From Eledone cirrhosa (taxonomy: Eukaryota), in assembly GCA_964016885.1 (NCBI GenBank), contig OZ024740.1, positions 316,200,001 to 316,264,000 on the forward strand: a DNA stretch of 64,000 bases, written 5' to 3'. Of this stretch, positions 1 to 13,900 are shown one piece after another. A program made the position numbers and the translations under genes. Position 1 is the stretch's first letter; every line of letters starts with the position of its first letter. A model generated the notes under the pieces. That model saw only the letters and a program-made list of their open reading frames with translations, did no database searches and was not told where the DNA came from.

Positions 1-224
1 TACTGTCAAGTATATAACCAAGTTCTCTACCCTCGAGTATATAACCAGGGTATCTACTCTCAAGTATATAACCAGGATCTTGACTCTCAAATATATAACC
101 AGGTTCTGTACCCTCAAATATATAACCAGGGTCTCTACCCTCGAGTATCTAACCAGGTTCTCTACTCTCAAGTATCTAACCAGGTTCTCTACTCTCAAGT
201 ATATAACCAGGGTCTCTACTCTCT
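1..224. repeat. 27-bp minisatellite, about 8 copies (ctctactctcaagtatataaccaggtt), cut by the window edge
   Basis: tatataacca recurs at 11, 38, 65 and onward. Confidence 0.9.
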
Positions 225-738
225 AACTGAATATCACTACTACACCAATGATAACCATGACAACTTACATAGATATGGATTAGTTGATATGGGTGAGGAA
301 AACTATGAGGTTGTGACATGTTTTTCTCAAATTTATAAGGCTTCATATGAAGTGATTCTAGCCAGAAACTAGAAAATTAAATACTAGAATAACATACTTT
401 TATTTACACAAATATTTCACATAAGAAACAGAGTGAGAAAAATAATTAAATGATGGAGAAAAAATGGGGTGGTGGTATATTTCAACTGTGTCCTTCAGAC
501 AAGATGGCAAAAGCATTACCAAGGAGAACAGTCAGAAACTTCCACTGCATCAGCCACTGTACTTCATGGGGCTCCTCCCTTAAGTGTGATGTACTCTTCT
601 TGATTTTGCTGTGGAAATCAGTAGTCCAGAGACCGAGGACACAGGAGGTCTCAACAACAGCCATCTTGGAAAGGAAATTATGTTAGTGATGTTTTTGCTG
701 TGATCTTAATAGCCACCTCAAACATACTATTTGACCAT

Positions 739-792
<54 letters not shown>

Positions 793-875
793 TTTGTGGT
801 AGCAGTAGTTGTAGTGGTGGTAGTAGTAGTGGTGGTGGTTCTAGTAGTAGTAGTAGTAGTAGTAGATGATGATGA
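739..875. repeat. (TAG)n/(TGG)n microsatellite
   Basis: Direct reading. Confidence 0.9.
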
Positions 876-1269
876 TAATATGTTTTTTATGAGGATAATA
901 GCATTTACCTCCACCACTATCATTTGCATCACATTAAACAATAATGAACATATTTATAACATCCTTTGAATTGCATATCATAAAATATTGCAAGAGTGTT
1001 GTAGTTATTTTCTCTAACTTTATTTATTATTCATTTATTCTGTTCCTAACTATTCTGCTATTAAAACTGATAGTAGCTTCTCTAAAGATAATAATATAGC
1101 TAATGCTATACACAACTCGATATCATTGTTTCACTCAGGGTACAATTTGATGCTCCTTTACTGCTTGTTTGATTTGTGTTGTTATTCTTCTCTGTTTAGT
1201 CCTGTGATCGAGCAGAACAGAGGTATGTAGGTAATCATTTGCTTGAACAAATAGATGTTATTAATAGAT

Positions 1270-1740
1270 CTATTGTAACAGATATACCATGGTTCTGACT
1301 AGATAAAGAGCATGTTGCACTCTGTGACAAAGAAATGGCAGTTATAGATATACCATATCTCTGCCTAGATAAAAAGTATACTGCATGCTTTGACAATGGA
1401 ATGTAGTTTAATTCCAGATGCACCATGGCTCTGCCAAAGCAAACAGCATGCTGCTCATTGGGACAAAGGAATGGCTAATTCTATGGAGTGCAGTTCCAAA
1501 CACACCATGGCTCTGCCAAGATAAATAACTGCTGCACTATATGACTGTATAATGGCTAATTCTATGTAGTGGGGTTCTGGATATACGATGGCTCTGTCTA
1601 GATAAAGAACTGCTGCTTTCTTTGACACTGGAATGGCAGTTTTAGATATACCATGGCTCTGACTAGATAAACAGCATGCTGCACTCGGTGACAAAGGAAT
1701 GGCAGTTCTAGATATAACATGGCTCAGCCAAGATTAACAG
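1270..1740. repeat. Degenerate 65-80 bp tandem repeat, about 7 copies
   Basis: Recurrent agatataccatggctctg...agataaa...gacaaaggaatggc. Confidence 0.75.
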
Positions 1741-1995
1741 AGATGGTGATTTTAGAAAGTCTTATAGTAGTAGTTCTCTGAGGGGCTGTAGTTGTGTTTA
1801 GGGTGATTTTACATGTAATAACTTGAATTGTGATAGTTGTAGTTTGGTTGCATCTCTTCTGTATATGTTGTGAATGTTGTGGAGAAGTTATATGTAACTT
1901 TAAGTAATTTTGTTTTCTGTATGCATGTGTGGTATGTTTTATATTGTTGTGTGTGGTGGGTGGTTATTGTAAAGTTCTGAGTGGTTATGAGTAAA

Positions 1996-2291
1996 GGCAT
2001 GTAGTTTACTGGTTAGGGTATTCAGCTTGCACTCATAAGGTCATGAGTTGGATTCCTGGTGGCATGTTGTGTCCTTGAGCAAGACACTTTATTTCACATA
2101 GCTCCAGTTCATTTAGCTGGCAAAGGGCTAGCCTTGTCACATTCTGTGTCATGCTGAATCTCCCTGAGAACTACATTATTGGTACACGTGTCTGTGGAAT
2201 ACTCAGGCACTTGCACGTTAATTTCAAGAGCAGGTTGTTCCATTGATTGTATCAACTGGAACACTTGTCATCATAACCGATGGAGTGCCAG
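1996..2291 (+). mobile_element. tRNA-derived CORE-type SINE. Related copies or fragments near 17485-17790, 18145-18470, 32425-32525(-), 53535-53800, 54010-54255(-), 54275-54525, 58600-58840(-), 63567-63660(-)
   Basis: Degenerate A/B boxes followed by tgtgtccttgagcaagacactttatttcac...gctccagt, which resembles the MIR CORE domain. Confidence 0.7.
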
Positions 2292-4512
2292 TATGAATTT
2301 CATGCCAGAAGTAACAGGAACATAGGTTTCACAAGCTCTACAGACACATGTCCCCTCACTACAAATCCCCATGAGAAAAGAGGCACTGTTATTTTGCCCT
2401 TTCACTTACATGATGTCACTGCTCCTGTGACTTCCAACACATCAATCATAATCCTGCAGCTATATTTGGTGTTTGCTTACATTACTGATATATTGAAGAC
2501 AATGGATTTGGTAGGTGCTAACTTAAGTCTGTTGTGTAGGCGATTGACGTACATCTGTATCTAGAGAATGGTGGGTGGATATATGTGTGATGACATCTGC
2601 GTTATAGAACTGGAGGCTGTATGTATGTTTTGAGATGTCAGAAGATTGTATAAACATAGATTAAAAAGAGTCAGTGAGAGAACAAGTATATGTGATGTTT
2701 TATTTGAGAAGTTGTAAATGTTGGATACGTTGTTTTAGAACACTAAATACACTTGAGAAGCTTGCTAACCAGCGTTTTGTGTTGTTTCTTAACACTTTTG
2801 ATACCGAACTGCCTAAAAACACTCAAAGTTCTACATTACAATGCTCTTTGTTTCAAAATGTTTATATTTATTATAAAATGTTCCATCTTGATTTGATGTA
2901 AGTACCTATGTTAACCCTTTAGCATTTACGTGGAAGATAGACGTTAACGATGATGATGATTACTCTATATATACTATTATATTTTGACAGTAAGGACTTT
3001 ACCTTACATAATTATCTCACATATCAAATGTATGAAATTTTGTTTTCATTTATTTTGAGAACAATACCTTAACATTGGTATGAGTGGCCAATAACAGCTG
3101 GTTTGAACAGAAGAAGGTGAGAGAATTCTGGCCAGATATGGCCAGTTTAAATGCTAAAGTCTCGTGATTCTATATGTAAGTTAGTTTTGGAAAATTTTAG
3201 GCATATCTTTTTACTTTTCCTAAATATTGGAATAAACAAAGAAAAATGCTTCTGCAATTATTTTATTTAAAAATTGAGGTAGCTGTAAATATGTGATAAA
3301 AAAAAAAAGACCGAACAAAACCCTATTTAAAGAGTCTTTAAGTTGCTAGGGTCCGCGTGAAAAGTCAGCTCTTTTACTAGAACAAACATGCTGATACTGG
3401 CCTAGAATATGTGTAAGCAGGTCTTAGAAAGAAAACTCAAATATCACTACCTCAATAATAGGGGCTAGATAGTATGAGAGAATGCTCTCTGGTGTGCAGA
3501 ACTTCAGACTCAAACCATCTCTTGATCCCAGTGGATAGAATGGAGAAAGCATTATCCCAGAGGATGGTGAGGGCTGTGTGTTGAAATAATCATTCCAACT
3601 GGGGGGGGGGGGGGGCTCATTCATGTAGGTGGCCAACATTGCCCTGATGATAGTAAGTCACTGCTATAATACCTATTTACAGTGTACACTATGCAGTCAC
3701 TACATTACATAGTGGTTGCTCTGTCTACAGTCTTTACTCTTCACTCTATACAGATGTGTCATTGCAGTGACATTGATTCTATGTTACATCTTGATAAGTC
3801 TTTTAATTGAAGTGTTCAATATACAGAGGACATGACATACATAAAGACAAAGAAACTCATTAAACTAAATACTACTTCACCAGTTTTTATGCTGTCTTTT
3901 GATTAACCCTTTTGATACCAAACTGCCTGAAACTGCCCCTAGTTCTACAATAGATGTCTCTTTATTTTGAAGTGCTTCTATATATTTTAAAATCTTCAAA
4001 CATAAATTTATATAATAACCTTTGTTGAGATATCTTCCCACCAGTTTAATAAGGAGAATGTTAGTTATATTACTAAATCTCTTAAAATGCTTCATTAATT
4101 GACAATCATAAGCAGTGATTGAAGGGTAGTGCCCCAGCATGGCCTCAGCCATATGGCTGGAACAGGTAATAGAGTAAAAGAGTAAATTTCATCAGAATTA
4201 TAATAATGGTTTCTGATTTAGACACAAGGTCAATGATTTTGGGTGAGGGGTAAGTCGATTAAATCATTAATGGTACTTTATTTTATTGACCACGTAAGGA
4301 TGAAAGGCAAAGCTAACTTCAGCAGGATTTGAACTCAGAACATAAAGAGATGTAACTACATGCTGCAAAGAACCACCCACAGCAGAATTATGATGATGGA
4401 AAGGTTAATGACTTTTCAGTAAAAAATTGATTAGTTTTCTATGATTCTTCCCTTATTTCAAACACTTTAAGATGTTTTGTATATCACTGTCTCAACTTTT
4501 ATTTCAAACACA

Positions 4513-4741
4513 TTAATCCTTTAGCATTTAAACTGGCTGAATCTGGCCAGAATTCTCTCACCTCTTTCTGTTCAAAACGGCTGTTATTGGCCACTCATAC
4601 TGATGTTAAGATATTGTTCTCAAAATAAATAATATCAAAATCTCGTAGATTCAATATTATGTGAGATAATTATGTGAGATAAAGCCTTTACCATGATAAT
4701 ATGATAGTAAATATAGAGTAATGTAAATACTAAAGGGTTAA
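4513..4741. mobile_element. piggyBac-type MITE of about 220 bp. Other copies at 2911-3158, 14266-14440, 23173-23401, 30796-31011, 35153-35372, 53052-53266
   Basis: TTAA on both sides, TIR CCCTTTAGCATTTA / TAAATGCTAAAGGG, conserved interior across 7 copies in both orientations. Confidence 0.85.
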
Positions 4742-5084
4742 GATGTCTTGTATATATATGACTTGTTTCTTATTTGAAAGACATTAAGATGTTTTGTATA
4801 TGTATGTCTCGACTTATTCCTTATTTCAATACATCAAGATGTTTTGTATATGTACGAGTTGTTTCTTATTTGAAATTACAAGATGTCTTGTATATTTACT
4901 TTATTTCTTCAATGGAGAGAATCGATTATGATGACATCATAGTTAGATAATGTAAGTGGAAGTGATTTAGGAGGTGTATGACACATCAGATGATAGTTTT
5001 GTTGATTTGTTAGTTCATTGTCTGAGTGCTTGTCTGATGTAACTGACTCATTACTTGATGTAATATCATTTCACATGATCTCTC

Positions 5085-7452
5085 TATAGTCACTGCTATA
5101 ACTGTTTATTCTCTACACTGACTCTTCTCTCACTGCTATAACTGTTTATTCTGTACACTGCCTCTATAGTCTCTGCTATAATAACTGTTTATTCTCTACA
5201 ATGTCTCTATAGTCACTGCTATAATAACTGTTTATTCCCTACACTGTCTCTACTCTCATTGCTATAATAACTGTTTATTCCCTACACTGTCTCTACTCTG
5301 ATTGCTATAATAACTGTTTATTCTTTACACTGTCTCTACTCTCACTGCTATAATAACTGTTTATTCTCTACACTATCTCTACTCTCACTGCTATAATAAC
5401 TGTTTATTCTCTACACTGTCTCTACTCTCACTGCTATAATAACTGTTTATTCTCTACACTATCTCTACTCTCACTGCTATAATAACTGTTTATTCTTTAC
5501 ACTGTCTCTACTCTCACTGCTATAATAACTGTTTATTCTTTACACTGTCTCTACTCTCACTGCTATAATAACTGTTTATTCTCTACACTGTCTCTACTCT
5601 CACTGCTATAATAACTGTTTATTCTCTACACTATCTCTACTCTCACTGCTATAATAATTGTTTATTCTCTACACTGTCTCTACTCTCACTGCTATAATAA
5701 CTGTTTATTCTCTACACTGTCTCTACTCTCACTGCTATAATAACTGTTTATTCTCTACACTGTCTCTATTCTCACTGCTATAATAACTGTTTATTCTCTA
5801 CACTGTCTACTCTCACTGCTATAATAACTGTTTATTCTCTACACTGTCTCTACTTTCACTGCTATAATAACTGTTTATTCTCTACACTGTCTCTACTTTC
5901 ACTGCTATAATAACTGTTTATTCTCTACACTGTCTCTAATCTCACTGTTATAATAACTGTTTATTCTCTACACTGTCTGTATTCTCACTGCTATAATAAC
6001 TGTTTATTCCCTACACTATCTCTACTTTCACTGCTATAATAACTGTTTATTCTCTACACTGTCTCTACTCTCACTGCTATAATAACTGTTTATTCTCTAC
6101 ACTGTCTCTACTCTCACTGCTATAATAACTGTTTATTCTCTACACTGTCTCTACTCTCACTGCTATAACTGTTTATTCTCTACACTATCTCTACTCTCAC
6201 TGCTATAATAACTGTTTATTCTCTACACTATCTCTACTCTCACTGCTATAATAACTGTTTATTCTCTATACTGTCTCTACTTTCACTGCTATAATAACTG
6301 TTTATTCTCTTGACTATCTCTACTCTCACTGCTATAATTGTTTATTCTCTACACTGTCTCTACTCTCACTGCTATAATAACTGTTTATTCCCTACACTAT
6401 CTCTACTTTCACTGCTATAATAACTGTTTATTCTCTACACTGTCTCTACTCTCACTGCTATAATAACTGTTTATTCTCTACACTATCTCTACTTTCACTG
6501 CTATAATAACTGTATATTCTCTACACTATCTCTACTCTCACTGCTATAATAACTGTTTATTCTCTACACTATCTCTACTTTCACTGCTATAATAACTGTT
6601 TATTCTCTACACTATCTCTACTCTCACTGCTATAATAACTGTTTATTCTCTACACTATCTCTACTTTCACTGCTATAATAACTGTATATTCTCTACACTA
6701 TCTCTACTCTCACTGCTATAATAACTGTTTATTCTCTACACTATCTCTACTTTCACTGCTATAATAACTGTTTATTCTCTACACTGTCTCTACTCTCACT
6801 GCTATAATAACTGTTTATTCTCTACACTGTCTCTACTCTCACTGCTATAATAACTGTTTATTCTCTACACTGTCTCTACTCTCACTGCTATAATAACTGT
6901 TTATTCTCTACACTGTCTCTACTCTCATTGCTATAATAACTGTTTATTCTCTACACTATCTCTATTCTCACTGCTATAATAACTGTTTATTCTCTACACT
7001 ATCTCTACTTTCACTGCTATGATAACTGTTTATTCTCTACACTGTCTTTACTCTCACTGCTATAATAACTGTTTATTCTCTACACTATCTCTACTTTCAC
7101 TGCTATAATAACTGTTTATTCTCTACACTGTCTATTCTCACTGCTATAATAACTGTTTATTCTCTACACTGTCTCTACTCTCACTGCTATAATAACTGTT
7201 TATTCTTTACACTGTCTCTACTCTCATTGCTATAATAACTGTTTATTCTCTACACTGTCTCTACTCTCATTGCTATAATAACTGTTTATTCTCTACACTG
7301 TCTCTACTCTCACTGCTATAATAACTGTTTATTCTCTACACTGTCTCTACTCTCACTGCTATAATAACTGTTTATTCTCTACACTGTCTCTACTCTCACT
7401 GCTATAACTGTTTATTCTCTACACTGTCTCTACTCTCACTGCTATAATAACT
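5085..7452. repeat. 43-bp minisatellite, about 55 copies (ctactctcactgctataataactgtttattctctacactgtct)
   Basis: Period 43 (ctcactg at 5341 and 5384); highly homogeneous with occasional 2-3 bp deletions. Confidence 0.97.
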
Positions 7453-7504
7453 CTGTTCTGTTGAGTTGAGTGAAATAGTGAGTGGATGATTCATTATTGA
7501 TCCC

Positions 7505-7665
7505 CCTCATCATCACCATCATTATTGTCATCATCATCAATGTAATTGTCATCATCAGTTATCACCATCATTGTCATTATCACCATCATTGTCATCATCA
7601 CCATCATTGTCATCACCCCCATCCTCATTGTCATCATTGATTGCCGTCATATAATCATCATCAGC
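7505..7665. repeat. Degenerate (CAT)n/(CATCATTGT)n microsatellite
   Basis: Direct reading. Confidence 0.75.
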
Positions 7666-7763
7666 ATCTGTTTTTCAATGCTAACATAGTTTGAATGAGT
7701 CTTGACACTTGTTAACAATCTCTAATCCTTTCCTTCATGAGTAACTGATTTCAAAGTCTTTAA

Positions 7764-8711
7764 TGGAAAGTTAAACCATGAAATGTTTAGAAACTGTGGA
7801 GTAGGTTACTAAATGTTATATGGAATGTTAAACCATCAAATGTTTAGAAACTGTGGAGTAACTTACTCAATGTTATATGGAATGTTAAACCATCAAATGT
7901 TTAGAAACTTTGGAGTAACTTACTCAATGTTATATGGAATGTTAAACCATCAAATGTTTAGAAACTGTGGAGTAAGTTACTCAATGTTATATGGAATGTT
8001 AAACCATCAAATGTTTAGAAACTGTGGAGTAACTTACTCAATGTTATATGGAATGTTAAACCATCAAATGTTTAGAAACTGTGGAGTAACTTACTAAATG
8101 TTATATGGAATGTTAAACCATGAAATGTTTAGAAACTGTGGAGTAACTTACTAAATGTTATATGGAATGTTAAACCATCAAATGTTTAGAAACTGTGGAG
8201 TAACTTACTAAATGTTATATGGAATGTTAAACCATCAAATGTTTAGAAACTGTGGAGTAACTTACTAAATGTTATATGGAATGTTAAACCATCAAATGTT
8301 TAGAAACTGTGGAGTAACTTACTCAATGTTATATGGAATGTTAAACCATCAAATGTTTAGAAACTGTGGAGTAACTTACTAAATGTTATATGGAATGTTA
8401 AACCATGAAATGTTTAGAAACTGTGGAGTAACTTACTAAATGTTATATGGAATGTTAAACCATCAAATGTTTAGAAACTGTGGAGTAACTTACTAAATGT
8501 TATATGGAATGTTAAACCATCAAATGTTTAGAAACTTTGTGGAGTAAGTTACTCAATACTATATGGAATGTTAAGCCATCAAATGTTTAGAAACTGTGGA
8601 GTAACTTACTAAATGTTATATGGAATGTTAAACCATCAAATGTTTAGAAACTTTGTGGAGTAAGTTACTCAATACTATATGGAATGTTAAGCCATCAAAT
8701 ATTTAGAAACT
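7764..8711. repeat. 57-bp minisatellite, about 16 copies (atgttatatggaatgttaaaccatcaaatgtttagaaactgtggagtaacttactca)
   Basis: Period 57 (7813, 7870, ...); it explains the 19-aa periodic pseudo-ORF 7813..8097. Confidence 0.97.
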
Positions 8712-10744
8712 CTATGTTTAGAATCTGTGGAGTAAATGACTCGGTCTTAAATATATTTATGACACTGAGTAGTTAATCCATTTGTTGAGTGATTTGCTGA
8801 ACAGTTGACACATCGGGGTAGTTTCAGTCATTTATTAGATTCATTCGATTTGTTGTATATTTTTTACAACATTGTACTGTCAAAATGCAATAAATAAACT
8901 TTTACTTCTAGGATATATTTATATAAAAATAATTGAGCAGGATCTAAAAATACAAAACACATTATGAAAGGGAACTAAAAAGGAAGAAAAAAAGTATGAA
9001 GCAATGAAAGAAAGGGAGAGGGGGAGGAACAAACACTGCACTTCAACTGTGCCCCACAGACAAAATAGCAAAGGTGTTACTGTGGAGAATAACCAGAGAC
9101 ATCCGCTGCAACAGCCACCCCACCCCACCACACTGGGCTTCCTCCTCAAGCGGGCTGCCGTCTTTCCGATTTAATATATTGATTTATAACAGTAGTACAA
9201 GGGCATGCATGTTGGTGGATGGAACAGGATTGGATTAAATCAGCCTCATTACATGACTGGTACTTTATTTGATCAGCTCTAGAAGATTGAAAGGCAACAT
9301 TGACTTCAGCAGGATTTGAACTCAGAATATAAAGGACTCTAACTACTCCAATGATTTTATGAATCTAGTTCACATTAGCTAATATAGAGCACAGCATAGA
9401 GTTTGATTGACAAGATTCCAGACCTCATTCACTTATTGAGTGGGGTGGAACTTGTCAAATTGGACCAAGGAAACAATGTTTCCATTGGTCTTTCTATTGC
9501 TGATAATATCTACTGGTCACAACTCTTGGCTAATATATTAGCTTCTAGTATCAACACAGAGTCAACAATTTTGAGAGAGTGTATAGTCGATTATCTTAAC
9601 CCTATTACGTTATTGATATAATATATTAACTGGAGCAGTGATTATTTTAATGTGTTGTTGACCCATGCTTGTGAAGTTCTAAATCTAATTTTGTGCAGTA
9701 AATTTATATTTTGTGTCAAATACTACATATACTTATATAGTAAATGATGGTTAAGAGAATTAAAATACTTATAAAATGTTAAAAATAGTCCCATTACATT
9801 ACAAATACTTCTCAGATTCAGAGAATATCAAACATTGTGTCATGGCATAAGCCTCAAATATTTGTGCAGTTCTAAAATGAAAAAAAAAAAACTCAGAACT
9901 GAAGTTTTTAATTAAGTGTTTTGGTACCTTACCAAATAGTTAATGTATTCATTATCTTCGCTGTTTAACATCCAGTTTCCATGCTATAGATGAGTTATCC
10001 TGTTGTGAGAAATGCCAGGTCAGGTGACTATGTCTTGATCATACAGAACTGATTTAGACTTGGTTTCTACAGATGGATGCTCTTTCTAATACCAAACAGT
10101 GTGTGCTAGGTGCTTTTTGTTGTGACACCTACATGACAACTTTACAGTGTGGACTGGGCACTTTATGTTGTGTTGCCATCATGAGCACTTTACAGTGTGG
10201 GCTGGGGTCTTGGGTGGAGAGTGGTAGATCTAGTGACATGTGTGAGGAGCAGAGTGTTAGGGTGTGGCAAGTGTATTGAAGGGGGATGGAGGTGAAGGTG
10301 GTGCATACTAGATGTATGCTTCAAGCTGTACTTATGGGAAGGCAGGTTTTAAATAATTTATTGAATGACTGATATACTATATAGTTAATGATTTCCCCCG
10401 TGCCCACAAAGATATTGATTTATATACTAAATAAATTGTGGAGTTGATGGCTCGATTGATTTGAATTCAGAGTGCAGTGAACTGAAACAAATACCAAGGC
10501 ATTTAATCCACCACCCTAACAACTCTGCTGGTCCACAACCTCACCCTATCTACTTAGTCCTTTCAACACTATACTATGCCATGCCATGGATCCTGACTGA
10601 AATCCTGATAGGTTCAAAGGGATGTCTTGTGGCATATGGTGTGTCTAGGGTTTTTTTATAACTGGCAAAGCTCATCTCTACCTACTTAGTCATTTCACCT
10701 CTATAAAGAATTATGGTGTCGTGTCCTAATCATTCTTAATGTAT

Positions 10745-11150
10745 ATGACGGCCGGCTGAAAAGCTCATAGGCTGACTATGAAGGAGTGATGCTAGAGCTG
10801 TGAAATCTTGCATGCATTGATTTCAACTCTTCTGATTAATAATTGCATTCTTTCTCTCCAGGGGCTATGTTGAAAAATAAACCGCATTTGGTCATTCCAT
10901 GAAAGTATCTTGGTCAGCCTATGAAGGAGTGATGCTAGAGCTGTGAAATATTGCATGCATTGATTTCAATTCCTCCAATAAAATCAAGTACCAGCCAAGG
11001 GCTGATGTTGATATACTCGACTATATATAGCCCTTACCCAAAATTTGATGTCTTGTGCCTATGTTATAAATGATTATTATCTCATATCATCAGCTCTTTT
11101 GGTCATCCCATGAGAGTATCTTGGTCAGCTTATTAACTTTTCAGGCCCCT
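10745..11150. mobile_element. Mariner-type MITE family. Other copies at 42225-42516, 50798-51142, 63970-64000; a related family at 19936-20137
   Basis: Ends resemble TA(C/T)GAGGG..GCTGAAAAGTTCATAGGCT and its reverse complement; shared interior; internal duplications and nested SINE fragments. Confidence 0.7.
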
Positions 11151-11242
11151 CCTTCCCCTGTATTTGTGATTTGTTGTCAGAGTTCCAGCTTTTGTTGTTG
11201 TTAATCAAGTGAATTCTTTCTGTTTTCTTTCTCTCTAGCATC

Positions 11243-11319
11243 ATGGATGATCCAAACAATCAAAGCAACACTGACCGCTGGGTTTGTCCTAATGATCGAC
11301 AGTTAGCATTACGGGCCAA
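11243..11319 (+). CDS. RPH3A: Rabphilin coding exon 1 (MDDPNNQSNTDRWVCPNDRQLALRA[K])
   Basis: Polypyrimidine tract + TAG acceptor ending 11238, ATG at 11243, donor GTAAGT at 11320 (phase 2). DRWVCPNDRQLALRAK is the conserved rabphilin/Noc2 N-terminal motif. Confidence 0.93.
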
Positions 11320-11657
11320 GTAAGTATAACAAGATGGACTATGTTAACATCTTCTTATCGTCATCAGTTGTATTTTACTTGTGTACTACCACTGTATTAC
11401 TGGGGATAGCTCTGTATTCCTTGGGTATGTGCAGTGTTGTTTATGGCATTGTATTTATTATATTGAAAGTACTCTTTGTAATATGTGTACAGTGCTAGTA
11501 GGATATCTTCTTTGTGTATATTTATAGGTGCAGAAGTTTTGGTTATGTTGTTCACATCACTCACTTTAATAGTTACAAATATATAGTTTCTCTGTTTAAA
11601 ATCATGTTTACAACAGAATGATATTCAATATTATAATTAGTATTATTGTTATTTGTT

Positions 11658-11699
<42 letters not shown>

Positions 11700-11854
11700 A
11701 TAATAGTAAAGATATTTTGTTCCTCACACATATACTGAAAGGTACAGAACCTGGATGAATGAAGTAGCGCTCTAAAGAATTGACCATACACATGCATACA
11801 GACTCCTTTCCCACACAAACATGCATGACCATAATTACATACATGAATTAATAG

Positions 11855-12232
11855 AAATGCCCAGCCCACACTGTAAAGTGGTCGTGTAGGTGTCATTACA
11901 AAAAGTACCTAGCCAACACTGTAAAGTGGTCATGTAGGTGTCACAACAAAAAGCGCCCAGCCCACACTGTAAACTGGTCGTGTAGGTGTTACAACAAAAA
12001 ATGATCAGCCCACACTGTAAAGTGGTTGCTTAGGTGTCACGACAATAAGCGCCCAGCACACACTGTAAATGTGCTTGGTGTTAGGAAGGGCATCCAGCCA
12101 TAGAAACCAAGCCAAAACCAGTCCTGTATAAGCAAGGCAGGGTCATCGGGCCTGGCTTGTCTCACAAGGGGGCACCCGTCTAACCCATACTAGCATTGAA
12201 AATGGACATTAAATTATGATGATGATGATGAT
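11855..12232 (+). mobile_element. RTE-derived 3'UTR/tail fragment with about 4.5 tandem 48-bp units and (GAT)n tail
   Basis: Same module as the 3'UTR of the RTE at 36023-38888 (cacactgtaaa..gtgttaggaagggcatcc..ggacattaa..gatgatg). Confidence 0.75.
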
Positions 12233-13210
12233 ATGTGGTCTGTTTTCTATATACACAATATTGTCTTCAACTAGCAATAACTATACCTTGGATTTACTTC
12301 ATTGGCCTTGCTAGCACTTCTACACAAAGTTATATTAATCCATAAACATTGGAGGGAGTGATATATATTCCCAGGAAAAGAGGTGATGACGAAGCCATAA
12401 ATTTTACTTTTGAAGTATTGCTTTCAAAAATATATATATTTATTAATATGTATTAATATATAGAGAGAGGGAGAAACAGAGAAGAGAGAGAGAGTGTGTG
12501 TGAGAGAGGGAGTGTGTATGTGTGTGTGTGAGAAAGAAAGAGAGAGAGATGTTGAGTTGTAGATTTATAGGTATAAAAATAATAGCAAACATTTACTGAT
12601 GGGGGTGACTCATATATATATAGATGTGCTAACAGAAGTACTGTCTTCTAGGCAGTCTTCTGCTAGTGTAAGTATATGTGTGAGAGAATGTTTCATAATG
12701 AATCTATCAATTTATATAAATGTATGAAAAAGGAAAACAATATTTTTCACATGTAACTGATATGAATTTGCATCAACTTATTTCGTATTGCAGTTTATTC
12801 AATTTAATACGACAATGTGTATTCTTGGCCAATTTTTTTTCTCAGTTTCTTATCCTTCTCGAGTTCTCCAGTTATTTTCCTCAAAATATCTGATCTTGAT
12901 AAGATGATGCTATGCTGTTCTGTCTTCTGCATGTTGTTCCCAGGATTGGGTCAATGTTGGTGTTCTTCATTGTCTGTTTCTTTGGGTTTTTGTTGCATGA
13001 CCTCTTGACTGCTGAGTTTGCTGTAGTATGTGTGTATGTGTGCATAAGTAATACAGCCTACTAAATAAAAAATGATCCCATTTTTATTTTTGTCTACAAT
13101 ATTCATTTTTTTTTTTTTTTTAAACTGATGTAACTCTGGATATATTTAGGTCAAACTATTACAAACAATATATCAAAAAATTCACTATCTTCTGATATTT
13201 CTGTCCAGAA

Positions 13211-13900
13211 TTACAGCACATGTTCCAAGTGATCCCCATTTGAATCCATGCATTTTTTGATGCTCAATGTGAATTTTAGCATAAAATCTTTACAAACAGA
13301 CCTAGGGATGGCTCTGATCTCCTCTCTTATGTTTTCCATTAGTTCAGTGATAACCATGGTTTGTTGACATATACTTCCGATAGCACCAAAGAAAGAAACC
13401 AGGGGTTTTAAATCAGGACTATGTGGGGCACTCTCAAAATTAGTCTTCAAACTGATTACAGGATTTCCTAGGTTATTTTTTTACCTCTCTCATGGCTCAT
13501 TGGAGGTGTGAGAGATTGCTCCATCTTGCTGGAACTAGAATGTATTCATTAGAGATGGGTACATAGCCAGTGGCTCTTTTTTGAAGTCTTCCAAAACCTC
13601 TATATAGTGTTTTGTGACTGTACTTAGAAATAGCAGCCCATGTGGTACATTTAGCTGAGTGGAGAGTTTTCACAGCTACTTCAGTGGGTTTCTCTGACCC
13701 CCAGAACACATTATTCGTATAATTGATCTTCCCCTCTAAGTGAATGTGGTCTTCGTCAGGGTTCCAAAGCAGATTCAGAAAATTTGGGTTGTTTTCTATC
13801 TTTTCCAACATTACTTCAACCATAGCTTCTCTTTTGTTTTTGTTTAGTCTGGGGTAGTTCTTAAGATCCTATTTGACAACCCTTCTGCATGTTTCTGTGG
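13211..13900 (-). pseudogene. Decayed Tc1/mariner-superfamily DDD transposase; element spans about 13050-14510, with a nested piggyBac MITE
   Basis: Frameshifted ORFs 13497..13823 (WNPDEDHIHLEGKIN, cf. WSDEAHF.L.G.VN) and 13211..13450 (PHSPDLKP...FFG; C-terminal NGDHLEHVL). Confidence 0.85.

Noticed and set aside
7813-8097. 94-aa repeat protein ORF
   Set aside because: Artefact of a 57-bp unit divisible by 3; other units contain TAA.
5085-8711. CRISPR-like arrays
   Set aside because: Head-to-tail repeats with no unique spacers, no cas genes, eukaryotic intron context.
9405-9530. Dispersed repeat shared with about 32283-32400 and its 72-aa ORF
   Set aside because: Clearly repeated, but I cannot assign a family or a credible protein.
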